The notes: a model not told the origin generated them from the sequence alone. Counted from the stretch's first letter, positions 1 to 8,978 are shown. The stretch is DNA of 64,000 nt from a bacterium (GCA_030648955.1 JAUSHB010000010.1:13556-77555); one strand, 5' to 3'. Translations and numbers: made by a program.

Positions 1-467
1 AAAATAACTAAACTAAAATACGAAAAAAATAAATAATATCCGAATCCTGCTATTGCATAATATTTGAAAACATATTTCTCAACCATCGCACTTTCAAAAA
101 TCCCCGGGAAATACAGCCAGCCAAGCAAGTTAAGCACCCACACAACAGCACTGAAAAAATAGGTAACTAAAATAATTATTTTAGTTTTGCTATTCTTTAT
201 ATCCAAAAAAGCATACACAAAATGCAACCAAAAAGCAGGGAGCAAAACGGAGCCGCTTTCCATAAACCAACGCCAAAATAATGCGGACTCTTCTGTGGAA
301 GAAAGAGTTAAGAAATAAAAGCCAATACTCCAAATTGATCCGCAGAGTGATAAAAAGGCAAATCTCTTTCTTATGATTTTATCTTGCCCCTTAAAAATAA
401 TCGCAAGCGCAATAAGCGCAGAAGAAATTGCTCCGAGGAGAAAACTGGTCTGATAGTAAAACAACAT
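1..467 (-). CDS. Membrane sensor, HisKA_7TM-like N-terminal domain (partial, runs off window; not in ORF track)
   Basis: ATG at 467; manual translation MLFYYQTSFLLGAISSALIALAIIFKG...FAFLSLCGSIWSIGFYF...LLPAFWLHFVYAFL matches the 7TM sensor pattern; starts 2 nt after the upstream stop. Confidence 0.75.
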   Translation of the reverse strand, partial: MLFYYQTSFLLGAISSALIALAIIFKGQDKIIRKRFAFLSLCGSIWSIGFYFLTLSSTEESALFWRWFMESGSVLLPAFWLHFVYAFLDIKNSKTKIIILVTYFFSAVVWVLNLLGWLYFPGIFESAMVEKYVFKYYAIAGFGYYLFFSYFSLVI

Positions 468-469
468 GC

Positions 470-1258
470 TCAAATTTTATAAGGTTGTGATAGGACTTCT
501 GTTGCCTGACGATAGTGCATATGTTTAAGAGGCTTGTCACTTAGCATTAAGTTCTTAAAATACGTATTCGATATTTCATGATTACCAAAATTATATTCGT
601 TATTTTTTGCACCTAAATTTCGTTCGGCAACATAGGCATCAACAACCATCTCAACTTTATGTAGCTCATTATTGTTAGCAAAAAAGGTATTATATTTTTT
701 ATCCTGCATTGGATGATATGTTTTGAACCCCTCCATTTTCATTGAAAATATCTGTTCTTCTGCACTATACGCATTTATTTTTACAAACGATTTATCGTTT
801 TCAATATCGATGGTAACTTTCTTATTAAACGTAGGGTATCCAAAAACATCTTTGGAATGTTGTATGCCGAGATCAGTGTTCATAATTAAAAGTAATGTAT
901 AAAAACCAAAGTTAGAAAACAAAGAATCAAAAAGCAATGGCAAGATAGGTATTTTCTTATCTATTGTGGATGGAACTGATAATGCAATTTCTCTGTAAGG
1001 TCCGACCGGAGCGTCCATGTAGTCAAAAACCGTCACCGCAAGTATGGCCACACCCGGAAAGATTTTCATCGGAAAGATTCTTTTATTCCCGATAAGTTGT
1101 TCTACCTTAGTGTAGGATGCAGGGAAAAAAGACATGGTTGCGGAAACTTTTCCGTAGACGGCGGGTACGTCTATCTCTACACCAGAAACATTTACAGAAT
1201 ATAATTTACTGATTTTTGGTCTCCTCAATATTAAACCCTGCTTATCTGTAAAACTCAT
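470..1258 (-). CDS. Acetoacetate decarboxylase-like (ADC family) protein
   Basis: DY...VGPYREIAL motif and G...FGYP motif of the ADC fold; the usual Lys after GYP is Thr here. Confidence 0.7.
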   Translation of the reverse strand: MSFTDKQGLILRRPKISKLYSVNVSGVEIDVPAVYGKVSATMSFFPASYTKVEQLIGNKRIFPMKIFPGVAILAVTVFDYMDAPVGPYREIALSVPSTIDKKIPILPLLFDSLFSNFGFYTLLLIMNTDLGIQHSKDVFGYPTFNKKVTIDIENDKSFVKINAYSAEEQIFSMKMEGFKTYHPMQDKKYNTFFANNNELHKVEMVVDAYVAERNLGAKNNEYNFGNHEISNTYFKNLMLSDKPLKHMHYRQATEVLSQPYKI

Positions 1259-1268
1259 ATTTGTTAAA

Positions 1269-1310
1269 TTACGACAAAATTTTTAACTTTCTTCCGATTG
1301 ACTTACAACA
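1269..1310 (-). pseudogene. Relic 3' end of a PLP aminotransferase allele
   Basis: Translates CCKSIGRKLKILS*, versus CCELIGKELKILS* at the end of 3033..4238; shares ttacgacaaaatttttaa. Confidence 0.75.
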
Positions 1311-1395
1311 TTATAAAAATCTGGTTGATTTTCATCATCATAGTATGCTTGATGGGTATATATAAGTATACCACTGAGTATGAGAGATGGTAAAA

Positions 1396-1551
1396 AAATA
1401 AAGGGGACTACGTTTGTAGTCCCCTTTTCACACTGCTGGTCATCGGTTAGATGTCCAGTTTGCCCTCCTTAGATCCCTTGACGAGAACCCGGAATTGGTC
1501 TTTTGACATTGCGATCGTATTGCCGAAGTCGTCGGTGACAACCACTTGCTT
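1396..1551. repeat. 156-bp direct repeat, copy A (3' half of small gene + terminator)
   Basis: Matches 2580..2735 with one mismatch seen. Confidence 0.95.
1401..1426 (-). terminator. Intrinsic terminator hairpin
   Basis: aaggggactac-gttt-gtagtcccctt, A/T runs on both sides. Confidence 0.85.
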
Positions 1552-1638
1552 ACCCGGATCAGCTGCGTCATCAAGATAGACTTCCGGACATTCCGGATCT
1601 TCGTGTGGGCATAATGTTATAAGGTGCTTTTTGCTCAT
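1447..1638 (-). CDS. Small DUF397-like protein (63 aa)
   Basis: GGAGG SD, terminator, C-x6-CPEV...V.V.DD...F..LV.G.K.G pattern; paralog at 2631. Confidence 0.65.
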   Translation of the reverse strand: MSKKHLITLCPHEDPECPEVYLDDAADPGKQVVVTDDFGNTIAMSKDQFRVLVKGSKEGKLDI

Positions 1639-1775
1639 AAATGGCCTCCATTAAAGAGCTGGGTGTTGTCAAGACAATCTTAACAACTTCATTATTATAT
1701 TTCCAAATATTGCATAAAATGTCAAGTTCTTGTACACTAAGTGCATTAAAATCTCATGTTAAACATCTGGGACTC

Positions 1776-2585
1776 GTGCCTATAAAAAAAACATTAAAAA
1801 AAGACGGATTTAATAAGGACTATATTAAACTCGTCTATTCAACACTTCCCCAGAAACTTGCCGACCAGCAAGTTTCTTTCATAATCAAAAAATTTAAGTT
1901 AAAGAAAGGTATGAAAATTCTTGATGTTGGATGCGGTAATGGTAGACACTCTTTAGAGTTTGCACGGGAAGGATACTCAGTGACAGGAATTGATTCTTCG
2001 AAAGATTTGATTGTGCTTGCAAAGAGGAATGCCCGAAAAGAAAAACTAACTATTAAATTTACCCAAAAAGATATGCTGTCACTTCCCTTTATTGAAGAAT
2101 TTGACGCAGTTATAAGTATATTTTCATTTGGTTTTCTTACTAAAAGAGACAATCATAAAATTGCAGTGGGAAAGCTTGCCCGTTCACTGAAAAAGGGAGG
2201 AAGGCTAATACTAGCAACAGGAAATTCTTTATTAAAAATTAAAAACGCAAGAAAGAATTGGATAAAAAATAAAAAGACTAGCTTAATTACAAATATCTCA
2301 AAAAAAATATTAGGCGATGGAATAGTAACTACCACAAAAGAAGTAGTTGATATTGTGTCAATGAAACAAGTGGTTGAGAGCACGTGGAAAGAAGGCGGGA
2401 AGATACATGTGCTAATGTCAACGATGCATCTTTTTACGCCCAATGAGATAAAAAAAATATTAACTGAGAGTGGATTACGTGTCGTGGGCATGTGGAGTGA
2501 TTTTGATAATTCTCATTTCTCACATAATTCTAAAAAACTTATTATTTCAGCAATTAAAAAAGAGTTGCCAGATAATATTAAATAA
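1776..2585 (+). CDS. Class I SAM-dependent methyltransferase (start uncertain, 1719-1776)
   Basis: ILDVGCGNGRH, VTGID, FDAVI and LKKGGRL motifs. Confidence 0.9.
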   Translation: MPIKKTLKKDGFNKDYIKLVYSTLPQKLADQQVSFIIKKFKLKKGMKILDVGCGNGRHSLEFAREGYSVTGIDSSKDLIVLAKRNARKEKLTIKFTQKDMLSLPFIEEFDAVISIFSFGFLTKRDNHKIAVGKLARSLKKGGRLILATGNSLLKIKNARKNWIKNKKTSLITNISKKILGDGIVTTTKEVVDIVSMKQVVESTWKEGGKIHVLMSTMHLFTPNEIKKILTESGLRVVGMWSDFDNSHFSHNSKKLIISAIKKELPDNIK

Positions 2586-2735
2586 AGGGGACTACGTTTG
2601 TAGTCCCCTTTTCACACTGCTGGTCATCGGTTAGATGTCCAGCTTGCCCTCCTTAGATCCCTTGACGAGAACCCGGAATTGGTCTTTTGACATTGCGATC
2701 GTATTGCCGAAGTCGTCGGTGACAACCACTTGCTT
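2580..2735. repeat. 156-bp direct repeat, copy B; includes bidirectional terminator 2585..2610
   Basis: Matches 1396..1551. Confidence 0.95.
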
Positions 2736-2831
2736 TGTAGACTCTGCAGTGTTGTCCGTGAAAATCTGTGGGCAACCATCGCACTTATCACCACATAAGG
2801 TCATGACAAGTTGCTTTTCTTTGCTATTCAT
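2631..2831 (-). CDS. Small DUF397-like protein (66 aa), paralog of 1447..1638
   Basis: GAGG SD before ATG 2831; C-terminal 34 aa identical to the paralog. Confidence 0.65.
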   Translation of the reverse strand: MNSKEKQLVMTLCGDKCDGCPQIFTDNTAESTKQVVVTDDFGNTIAMSKDQFRVLVKGSKEGKLDI

Positions 2832-3032
2832 ATAAAGAACCTCGCTTTGATCTGTTACCAGGACAATCCCAGCAACCCTATTTTTAATGTACAGCATGAA
2901 AAAATTATGTCAACAGGCAATGGAAAATGGGCGTACGTATGGAAAAAACAATTTAAAAAGGATAGCCGTAGAAATACTTTCGGTCGTAAAGAAGGAGGCG
3001 AGACTTGTGGATACAATAAAAATCTATCGTCG

Positions 3033-4238
3033 TTACGACAAAATTTTTAATTCCTTTCCAATTAATTCACAACACTTTATAAGATACGCGATTTGATCAT
3101 TTGAATGTGTTGACATAACTGTTAATCTAAGTCTTGCTCGATGTTTAGGAACCGCGGGCCATCTTACACAAGGAGCGTAGATACCTTTATCAAGCAACAT
3201 TCTCGAAAACTCAATTGCTTGTTCGTCTTCTCCTATTAACACAGGAACAATTTGAGTTTGACTCCCCAATGTATCAAAACCAAGTGTATTTAATTTTGCC
3301 CTTAAATCATCTGATTTTTTATTTAATAAAACCCTCAGATTAGGTTCTGATTCTATAACCTCTAGAGAAGTAATGAGTGAAGCTGACACAGCGGGCGGTA
3401 GAGCTGCTGAAAATATATATGGTCTGCTTGCTATTCTTAAATATTTGATTAAATTTTTACTTCCCACTACAAATCCGCCAACTGAAGATAGTGCCTTGCT
3501 ATGTGTTCCCATTACAATATCAACATCAGTAGTTGGTTTTAAGTTAAAGTGCTCAAGTGTGCCGTGGCCATTTTTTCCAATCACTCCGGTGGCATGCGCT
3601 TCATCTACCATCAATAAAGAATTATATTTTTTGCATAAAGTTACTATTTTATCTAAGGGTGCTATATCACCCTCCATACTAAATACACCGTCAGTTACAA
3701 CTAATTTTCTTCTGTGTTTAAATTTTTTGAGCTTCTTTTCTAAATCATTCATATCACAATGCTTATAGACGACGACTTTTTGTCCGCTCGCTTTTGCACC
3801 ATCAACGATACTTGCATGATTCAAATCATCGCTTAGTATGACGCTTCTTCTCCTAAAAAAATCATATGGTCCAACCTTGAAGGGATTCATGACGGCGGAA
3901 ATAACACCAAGATTCGTTTGATACCCCGTAGAAAAAACAATTGCGTCTTCTCCCCCTTTAAATTTAGCTATAGCTAGTTCATACTCTCTGTGTACCTGTA
4001 AATTTCCTGACAACATCCTAGAACCTCCTGACCCGACTCCGTATTTCTTTGTAGCTTCAATTGCGGCTGCAACAACTTTTGGGTGCGTAGCTAGTCCAAG
4101 ATAGTTATTTGAAGAAAACATCAGTACCTTTTTTCCATTTATGATAACTTCTGGTTCCGCAGCCCCATCAATTACATGCAAATCGGGATAGAGATGGTGC
4201 TCCTCCACATACTGCATAATATCTTCGATACGTTTCAT
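3033..4238 (-). CDS. Class II PLP-dependent acyl-CoA transferase (AONS/KBL/SPT/CqsA family)
   Basis: SNNYLGL, GSGGSR, NHASIVDG, DGVFSMEGD, DEAH and THSK (PLP Lys) motifs. Confidence 0.93.
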   Translation of the reverse strand: MKRIEDIMQYVEEHHLYPDLHVIDGAAEPEVIINGKKVLMFSSNNYLGLATHPKVVAAAIEATKKYGVGSGGSRMLSGNLQVHREYELAIAKFKGGEDAIVFSTGYQTNLGVISAVMNPFKVGPYDFFRRRSVILSDDLNHASIVDGAKASGQKVVVYKHCDMNDLEKKLKKFKHRRKLVVTDGVFSMEGDIAPLDKIVTLCKKYNSLLMVDEAHATGVIGKNGHGTLEHFNLKPTTDVDIVMGTHSKALSSVGGFVVGSKNLIKYLRIASRPYIFSAALPPAVSASLITSLEVIESEPNLRVLLNKKSDDLRAKLNTLGFDTLGSQTQIVPVLIGEDEQAIEFSRMLLDKGIYAPCVRWPAVPKHRARLRLTVMSTHSNDQIAYLIKCCELIGKELKILS

Positions 4239-4282
4239 ATACTTTTTGGACTATATTAAAACAGTCAAAATGAGTCTACTAC

Positions 4283-4334
4283 ACCCCCAGAATACCAAAA
4301 ATCCCCCGATTTTTCAATGGGTTTGTGGGGATAT
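4283..4334 (-). repeat. Cassette-boundary repeat copy 1 (promoter-shaped: TTGAAA-N17-TATTCT with extended TG)
   Basis: acccccagaataccaaaaatcccccgatttttcaatgggtttgtggggatat; identical to copy 2. Confidence 0.95.
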
Positions 4335-4398
4335 TGAGTTTAAGCCCTTGCTTTTTATATTTCAGACCCCACATAATCAATATGTTATAATTAAACCT

Positions 4399-4830
4399 AT
4401 GAAATTAGAAAATATAAAATACTCGACGGATATCAAAGAACTCCAAGGATGTAAATTAGGAATTTTTTTTGAAGGATGGGAAATTAAACCTTCAGATCAA
4501 GTATTTCGGGATTCATTGAAAAATTCATATAAGGTTATTTGTGCCATCGACACAGAAAAAAATATGATCATTGGCTACATAACCGCTATTTCAGATGGCG
4601 TACTAAGTTCTTATATCCCCTTTCTTGAAGTTGATAAGCGCTACCAAAAACAAGGTATAGGTAGTGCTCTATTTAAAAAAATGCTCGAAGAATTAGGTGA
4701 ATTATACATGACCGACCTTGTTTGCGATGAAGAAAAAGCCGGCTTCTATGAGAAAGCCGGCATGATAAGATGGAACGCAATGATTATTCGTCGCTTTAAA
4801 CACCAAGGTGGTGTTCGGCGCAAGGATTAA
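4399..4830 (+). CDS. GNAT family N-acetyltransferase
   Basis: V...YQKQGIGSAL and FYEKAG motifs; likely start MKLENIKY. Confidence 0.9.
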   Translation: MKLENIKYSTDIKELQGCKLGIFFEGWEIKPSDQVFRDSLKNSYKVICAIDTEKNMIIGYITAISDGVLSSYIPFLEVDKRYQKQGIGSALFKKMLEELGELYMTDLVCDEEKAGFYEKAGMIRWNAMIIRRFKHQGGVRRKD

Positions 4831-4997
4831 GCAGCTACTTGGAGTGCCTTTTCAGCGTCCTTGAGGGTAATGTCCCCGTTGGCGAGTAGGCGTGCAAAAC
4901 TGAAGATGATGATTGATTCAAGCTGACTCTTGAACTCTTCTTCGTGGTTTTTGTGTTTTAGGCAACCTGAATTTGGAAGTCCTGCTTCCAAATTCAC
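4827..4997 (-). pseudogene. Probable C-terminal gene fragment
   Basis: Open frame ...KHKNHEEEFKSQLESIIIFSFARLLANGDITLKDAEKALQVAA* whose 5' end lies in a palindrome. Confidence 0.35.
4968..4996. repeat. REP-like palindrome, related to 44162..44190
   Basis: tgaatttggaag-tcctg-cttccaaattca. Confidence 0.7.
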
Positions 4998-5049
4998 TCA
5001 AGTAGTTAAAAGCTTGAGGGACTTTTTTAAAAAATTATTAGTATATGAT

Positions 5050-5640
5050 ATGAATACATTTTTACATTCTCAAAATCCAAATATTAAACCGCTTGAATTT
5101 ATTGAGAAAGTTCTTAGTTTTTGTGATACAGGAAATGCTTTAGATCTAGGTGCTGGAACAGGGAGAAATGCAATATTCCTTGCGAAAAAAGGATTTAAGG
5201 TTGTTGCACTTGATTTATCTGGACAATCTGTGGATGAACTTACTCAATACTCTGCGCGTGAAGGTTTGTCATTGAAAACTTTCGTGTATAATCTTGCCAC
5301 AAATACACCTGATTTTTCAAATTACAACATAATTTTATTTACGTTTATACTCCATTATATTTCTAAGGAGAGAGGAGAAGAATTGATTGCTACTGCCCAA
5401 AAACAGGCTAACACGGGGACTATTCACGCGCTGGCTGTTATTACTACGGAAGGAGATTTTTTTGCTAAGGAAACCCAAAAGAAGAATTTTTATCTTGAAC
5501 CGGGGAATCTTGCAAAAAAATATGAGAAAGAGGGGTGGACAGTATTATCGTCGTTTGAAGAAAATCGGGCTATGGCAATAAAGAATGCGGATGGAACTCA
5601 GATGAAAAATTTGGTGTCATTTTTGATTGCAAGAAAATAA
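5050..5640 (+). CDS. Class I SAM methyltransferase, TehB-like
   Basis: ALDLGAGTGRNAIFLAKKGFKVVALD. Confidence 0.88.
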   Translation: MNTFLHSQNPNIKPLEFIEKVLSFCDTGNALDLGAGTGRNAIFLAKKGFKVVALDLSGQSVDELTQYSAREGLSLKTFVYNLATNTPDFSNYNIILFTFILHYISKERGEELIATAQKQANTGTIHALAVITTEGDFFAKETQKKNFYLEPGNLAKKYEKEGWTVLSSFEENRAMAIKNADGTQMKNLVSFLIARK

Positions 5641-5716
5641 CAAAGGATAAGGAGGTCAGCAAGAGAGGTTTCACCTCCTTACAGCGTTTTACATAAAAAT
5701 TTTAACAAAGAATCTT

Positions 5717-5768
5717 ACCCCCAGAATACCAAAAATCCCCCGATTTTTCAATGGGTTTGTGGGGATAT
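5717..5768 (-). repeat. Cassette-boundary repeat copy 2
   Basis: 52/52 identical to 4283..4334. Confidence 0.95.
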
Positions 5769-5795
5769 GTTACTTATTTAGAGCTGTGTCTGAAT

Positions 5796-7829
5796 TTAAA
5801 TTTTTAGATCTAAATTTTGAGCAAAAAACGTAAGCAAAAGAGTCTGACTTTCAACAATTTTCTTTATTGGCTTACCTGGACCATGCCCGGTTTCCATTTC
5901 TGTAAAAATCAGCACTGTGTTCTTTTTATTAACGGATTGTAGCATGGCGGTCATTTTTCGTGCATGAAGTGGATCGACACGAGTATCCTTACTTGCTGTT
6001 GTAAAAAGGAAGGAAGGATATTCAACTCCCTCTTTCACGTTGTGGTATGGACTCCACTTTAAAATTCTTTGCAGATCTTCTTTTACTTCGGGGTTACCGT
6101 ATTCATGGACCCAACGAGATGCAATACCAAACAAGGGAAATCTAACCATATCAATTAATGGAACTCGAGAACAAACTGCTTTAAATAATTCTGGTCGCTG
6201 AACGGCAACCGCAGAAACCAATAAACCGCCGTTACTTCCTCCCAAAATACCAAGATGATCTCGGTCGGTATACTTTTCTTGAATAAGATATTCGGCGGCG
6301 GCAATAAAATCATCAAAAGAATTTTGTTTATTTTCTTTCATGCCATCTTTGTGCCATTTTTCACCAAATTCACCGCCACCTCGAATATTCGCAATAACAT
6401 AAATGCCTCCACGCTCCATCCATGACACGAAGCCTCTCATAAACCCTGGTGTGTTGAGGTCTGCAAAACCACCGTACCCATAGAGGATAGTAGGATTAAC
6501 TCCATCAACAGATATATTTTTCTTGTGAAAAATAAAAAGGGGTACTCTAGTTCCGTCTTTGGACTGATACCATTCCTGCTTGGTAACATAATCATTTGGG
6601 TTTATTGGGTTATCTGTTTTTCGGTATACCTCAAACTTATTTTCAATTGGAGAATATCGATATGTTATTTTAGGAAAAGTAAACGAATCAACGCCATAAA
6701 AAAACTCATCTTCTTCAATGTTCCTAGAAATTCCGGCGAGACTCGAATACGGAGGAAGTGGTATTTCGCCGATTTCTTTACCACTATGGTCAAACATTAC
6801 CACCTTTGAACAAGCATCAACAAGATAAGTTACGATTATTTTAGTTTTTGTAGTAGTTTCTGACTGCAAAAGATATTTCCGCTCTGGAATTAATTCTTCC
6901 CAGTCTTCAGTCGGAGTAAATAGATTTATGATAGGAACCGAAAGGATTCTAAAATTATTTGCATTATAATTAGTACCTACAATTACTTTATCTTCTAAAA
7001 ACTTGAGTGAAAATTTCGCAGGCATACCAACTACAAAAGGTTTTGTTTGCTTAGTATCCCTATCGTAAATATAAATATCGTTTTCAGTCCATGTTACCGC
7101 TGATGAAATTGCCAAATATCGTCCATCCATTGAAATAGTAATACCGAGCATATCATCTTTTGGACGATCTTTACCGAAAATAAGTTCATCGTTATTTGGA
7201 TTATCACCAATTTTATGAAAATAGATTTTTGTATGAAGATGTTCCTCGTTTTTAGGAACAGTACCAGGTTCGGGGTTCTTCGTATAGAAAAAACCGGAGT
7301 CATCAGGAAGCCAACTTATTTGGGAATGTCTGCACCGAGGAATTTGTTCTGATAGATTTATACCAGTATCCACTCCCTTTATGTACATTATTGCCATCTC
7401 ATCACCTCCCTGCGAAAGACCATATGCGAGATATTTACCAGTTCGAGATACCGACCAAAAAGCGATATTGATCGTATTGTCATCCCTCATCCCATTAGGA
7501 TCTACAAGTTTAACGGGGTTGCCATTTATTCCAGTTCTCACATAAAGTGCGGATTGGTCCTCGTCCGGTTGGCGCTCGCTATAAAAATACTTTCCCCTAA
7601 CAGGAATAGGATTTGAAAAATTAACAACCTTAAAATTCTTAACGAGTTCGTTAGAGAATATTTCAAAATTTTCATTTCGTAGGAAGGAATCAGTATAGGA
7701 ATTTTGAGATTCAACCCATTCCTTTGTTTCAGAACTTTTTGCATCTTCAAGCCAACGGTATGGATCAGATATTGAAATGCCATTAATAGAATCAATGATG
7801 TTATCTTTTTTAGTTTGTGGAATTTTCAT
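5796..7829 (-). CDS. Prolyl oligopeptidase (S9A)
   Basis: DPYRWLED, YGYGGF, NIRGGGE, GGSNGGL, DTRV and GH catalytic motifs. Confidence 0.95.
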   Translation of the reverse strand: MKIPQTKKDNIIDSINGISISDPYRWLEDAKSSETKEWVESQNSYTDSFLRNENFEIFSNELVKNFKVVNFSNPIPVRGKYFYSERQPDEDQSALYVRTGINGNPVKLVDPNGMRDDNTINIAFWSVSRTGKYLAYGLSQGGDEMAIMYIKGVDTGINLSEQIPRCRHSQISWLPDDSGFFYTKNPEPGTVPKNEEHLHTKIYFHKIGDNPNNDELIFGKDRPKDDMLGITISMDGRYLAISSAVTWTENDIYIYDRDTKQTKPFVVGMPAKFSLKFLEDKVIVGTNYNANNFRILSVPIINLFTPTEDWEELIPERKYLLQSETTTKTKIIVTYLVDACSKVVMFDHSGKEIGEIPLPPYSSLAGISRNIEEDEFFYGVDSFTFPKITYRYSPIENKFEVYRKTDNPINPNDYVTKQEWYQSKDGTRVPLFIFHKKNISVDGVNPTILYGYGGFADLNTPGFMRGFVSWMERGGIYVIANIRGGGEFGEKWHKDGMKENKQNSFDDFIAAAEYLIQEKYTDRDHLGILGGSNGGLLVSAVAVQRPELFKAVCSRVPLIDMVRFPLFGIASRWVHEYGNPEVKEDLQRILKWSPYHNVKEGVEYPSFLFTTASKDTRVDPLHARKMTAMLQSVNKKNTVLIFTEMETGHGPGKPIKKIVESQTLLLTFFAQNLDLKI

Positions 7830-7832
7830 TGT

Positions 7833-8048
7833 TTAGCGCAGGTCCTTAAGCGAAGAAAGCTTCTTCCCTTTTCCGTGTTCAAATTGCTCTCGGTCTCTTT
7901 TTAGAGACGCAGTAAAATTTCGTGCTTTTTGCTCACGCAAAAGATGGCGAAAAAATTCACTCGTGGAAGAAAACCCCCCTATCCTCACCTCTTTTCGGAT
8001 TTCTTTGGCGGTTATTTCGGGAACAGAAATATTAATGATGGTACGCAT
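7833..8048 (-). CDS. Ribbon-helix-helix (CopG/ParD-like) protein
   Basis: INISVP...GGFSSTSEFFRHLLR. Confidence 0.75.
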   Translation of the reverse strand: MRTIINISVPEITAKEIRKEVRIGGFSSTSEFFRHLLREQKARNFTASLKRDREQFEHGKGKKLSSLKDLR

Positions 8049-8137
8049 GATTGTGTATTATTTTGTAATAATTTGTATTACAATATAATACTACCTTCGT
8101 AAGCAGATACTGTCAAGATGTATTATCTCTATACGTT

Positions 8138-8184
8138 CCAAATACCAAAAATTCCCCGGTTTTTCAATGACTTTGTGGGGATAT
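8138..8184 (-). repeat. Cassette-boundary repeat copy 3
   Basis: ccaaataccaaaaattccccggtttttcaatgactttgtggggatat. Confidence 0.9.
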
Positions 8185-8213
8185 TGGAGTAGCTACATAT
8201 ACTGAAATTTTAC

Positions 8214-8243
8214 TTGACAGTAATAGTCCGCATACTATATACT
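8214..8243 (+). promoter_or_regulatory. Sigma70-like promoter convergent on the NYN gene
   Basis: TTGACA-N18-TATACT with no plus-strand gene downstream. Confidence 0.5.
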
Positions 8244-8258
8244 TAAAGCACTAAACGT

Positions 8259-8285
8259 GAACGGCATCCTATATGGGTGCCGTTC
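8259..8285. terminator. Hairpin at the NYN gene 3' end
   Basis: gaacggcatcc-tatat-gggtgccgttc. Confidence 0.75.
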
Positions 8286-8288
8286 TTG

Positions 8289-8912
8289 TTATCTCCTTTT
8301 TAATCGTTCACGAAGATATTCAAAATCCCTAAAATTACTCCCGGCGAATTGACGAATTTCTTTTGCAGTTCTCGGCCCCCTCGCTAGAACAATAACCTCC
8401 TTTTTTATTTCTCTAAGATACTTAAGCACGGGCAAGAAATCACCATCACCAGAAAGTACGACGATGCGATCAAATTTATCTCGTTCCTTCATAAGATAAA
8501 ATGCCATATCTACATCACAGTTCGCTTTTCGTTTTGTTGTTCCATCTTCCTGGTCATACAACTTCACTGGCTTAAGGAATAATTGATACCCGAACTGTTC
8601 AAGTCTCAGGTAAAATCTTGTTCTTTGTAGGTGTCTACCGATCAAAAGAATGTCAGCCTCATTAAGTTCTTTTCCGCTGTTCTGCAATAATCCAAGAAGA
8701 TGTTTTTCGAGGGATTTTAGCGGAACGGTTTCATTTGTTTGATAATTATATTTAAAATTATGAACTTCAACACCTCCGAAGTAGAGTGTTTTCTTGACAT
8801 CATATTTTTCTTGTAGATACTCTAGTAGTTTTTCGTAATCTATCTTCCACCCTAAACTTTTTTCTCCACCATAAAAGAGATTTGACGCATCAATAAAAGC
8901 AAAAGTTTTCAT
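8289..8912 (-). CDS. NYN domain (LabA/DUF88) PIN-like nuclease
   Basis: FIDASNL, KANCDV and LSGDGDFLP motifs. Confidence 0.92.
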   Translation of the reverse strand: MKTFAFIDASNLFYGGEKSLGWKIDYEKLLEYLQEKYDVKKTLYFGGVEVHNFKYNYQTNETVPLKSLEKHLLGLLQNSGKELNEADILLIGRHLQRTRFYLRLEQFGYQLFLKPVKLYDQEDGTTKRKANCDVDMAFYLMKERDKFDRIVVLSGDGDFLPVLKYLREIKKEVIVLARGPRTAKEIRQFAGSNFRDFEYLRERLKRR

Positions 8913-8927
8913 AGCGAAAAATTATAT

Positions 8928-8978
8928 ACCCCCAAAATACCAAAAATCCCCCGATTTTTCAATGCTTCCGTGGGGATA
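8928..8978 (-). repeat. Cassette-boundary repeat copy 4
   Basis: acccccaaaataccaaaaatcccccgatttttcaatgcttccgtggggata. Confidence 0.92.

Noticed and set aside
1396-2735. DGR template/variable repeat pair
   Set aside because: No reverse transcriptase; only one mismatch, and no adenine-specific pattern.
2811-3096. Short plus-strand ORFs (79 and 69 aa)
   Set aside because: They overlap the promoter of the 2831 gene and the aminotransferase end; no motifs.
4246-4398. N-terminal extensions of GNAT (4246) and MTase (4930) given in the ORF track
   Set aside because: They run through the repeat or palindrome; downstream ATGs (4399, 5050) fit the domain starts.
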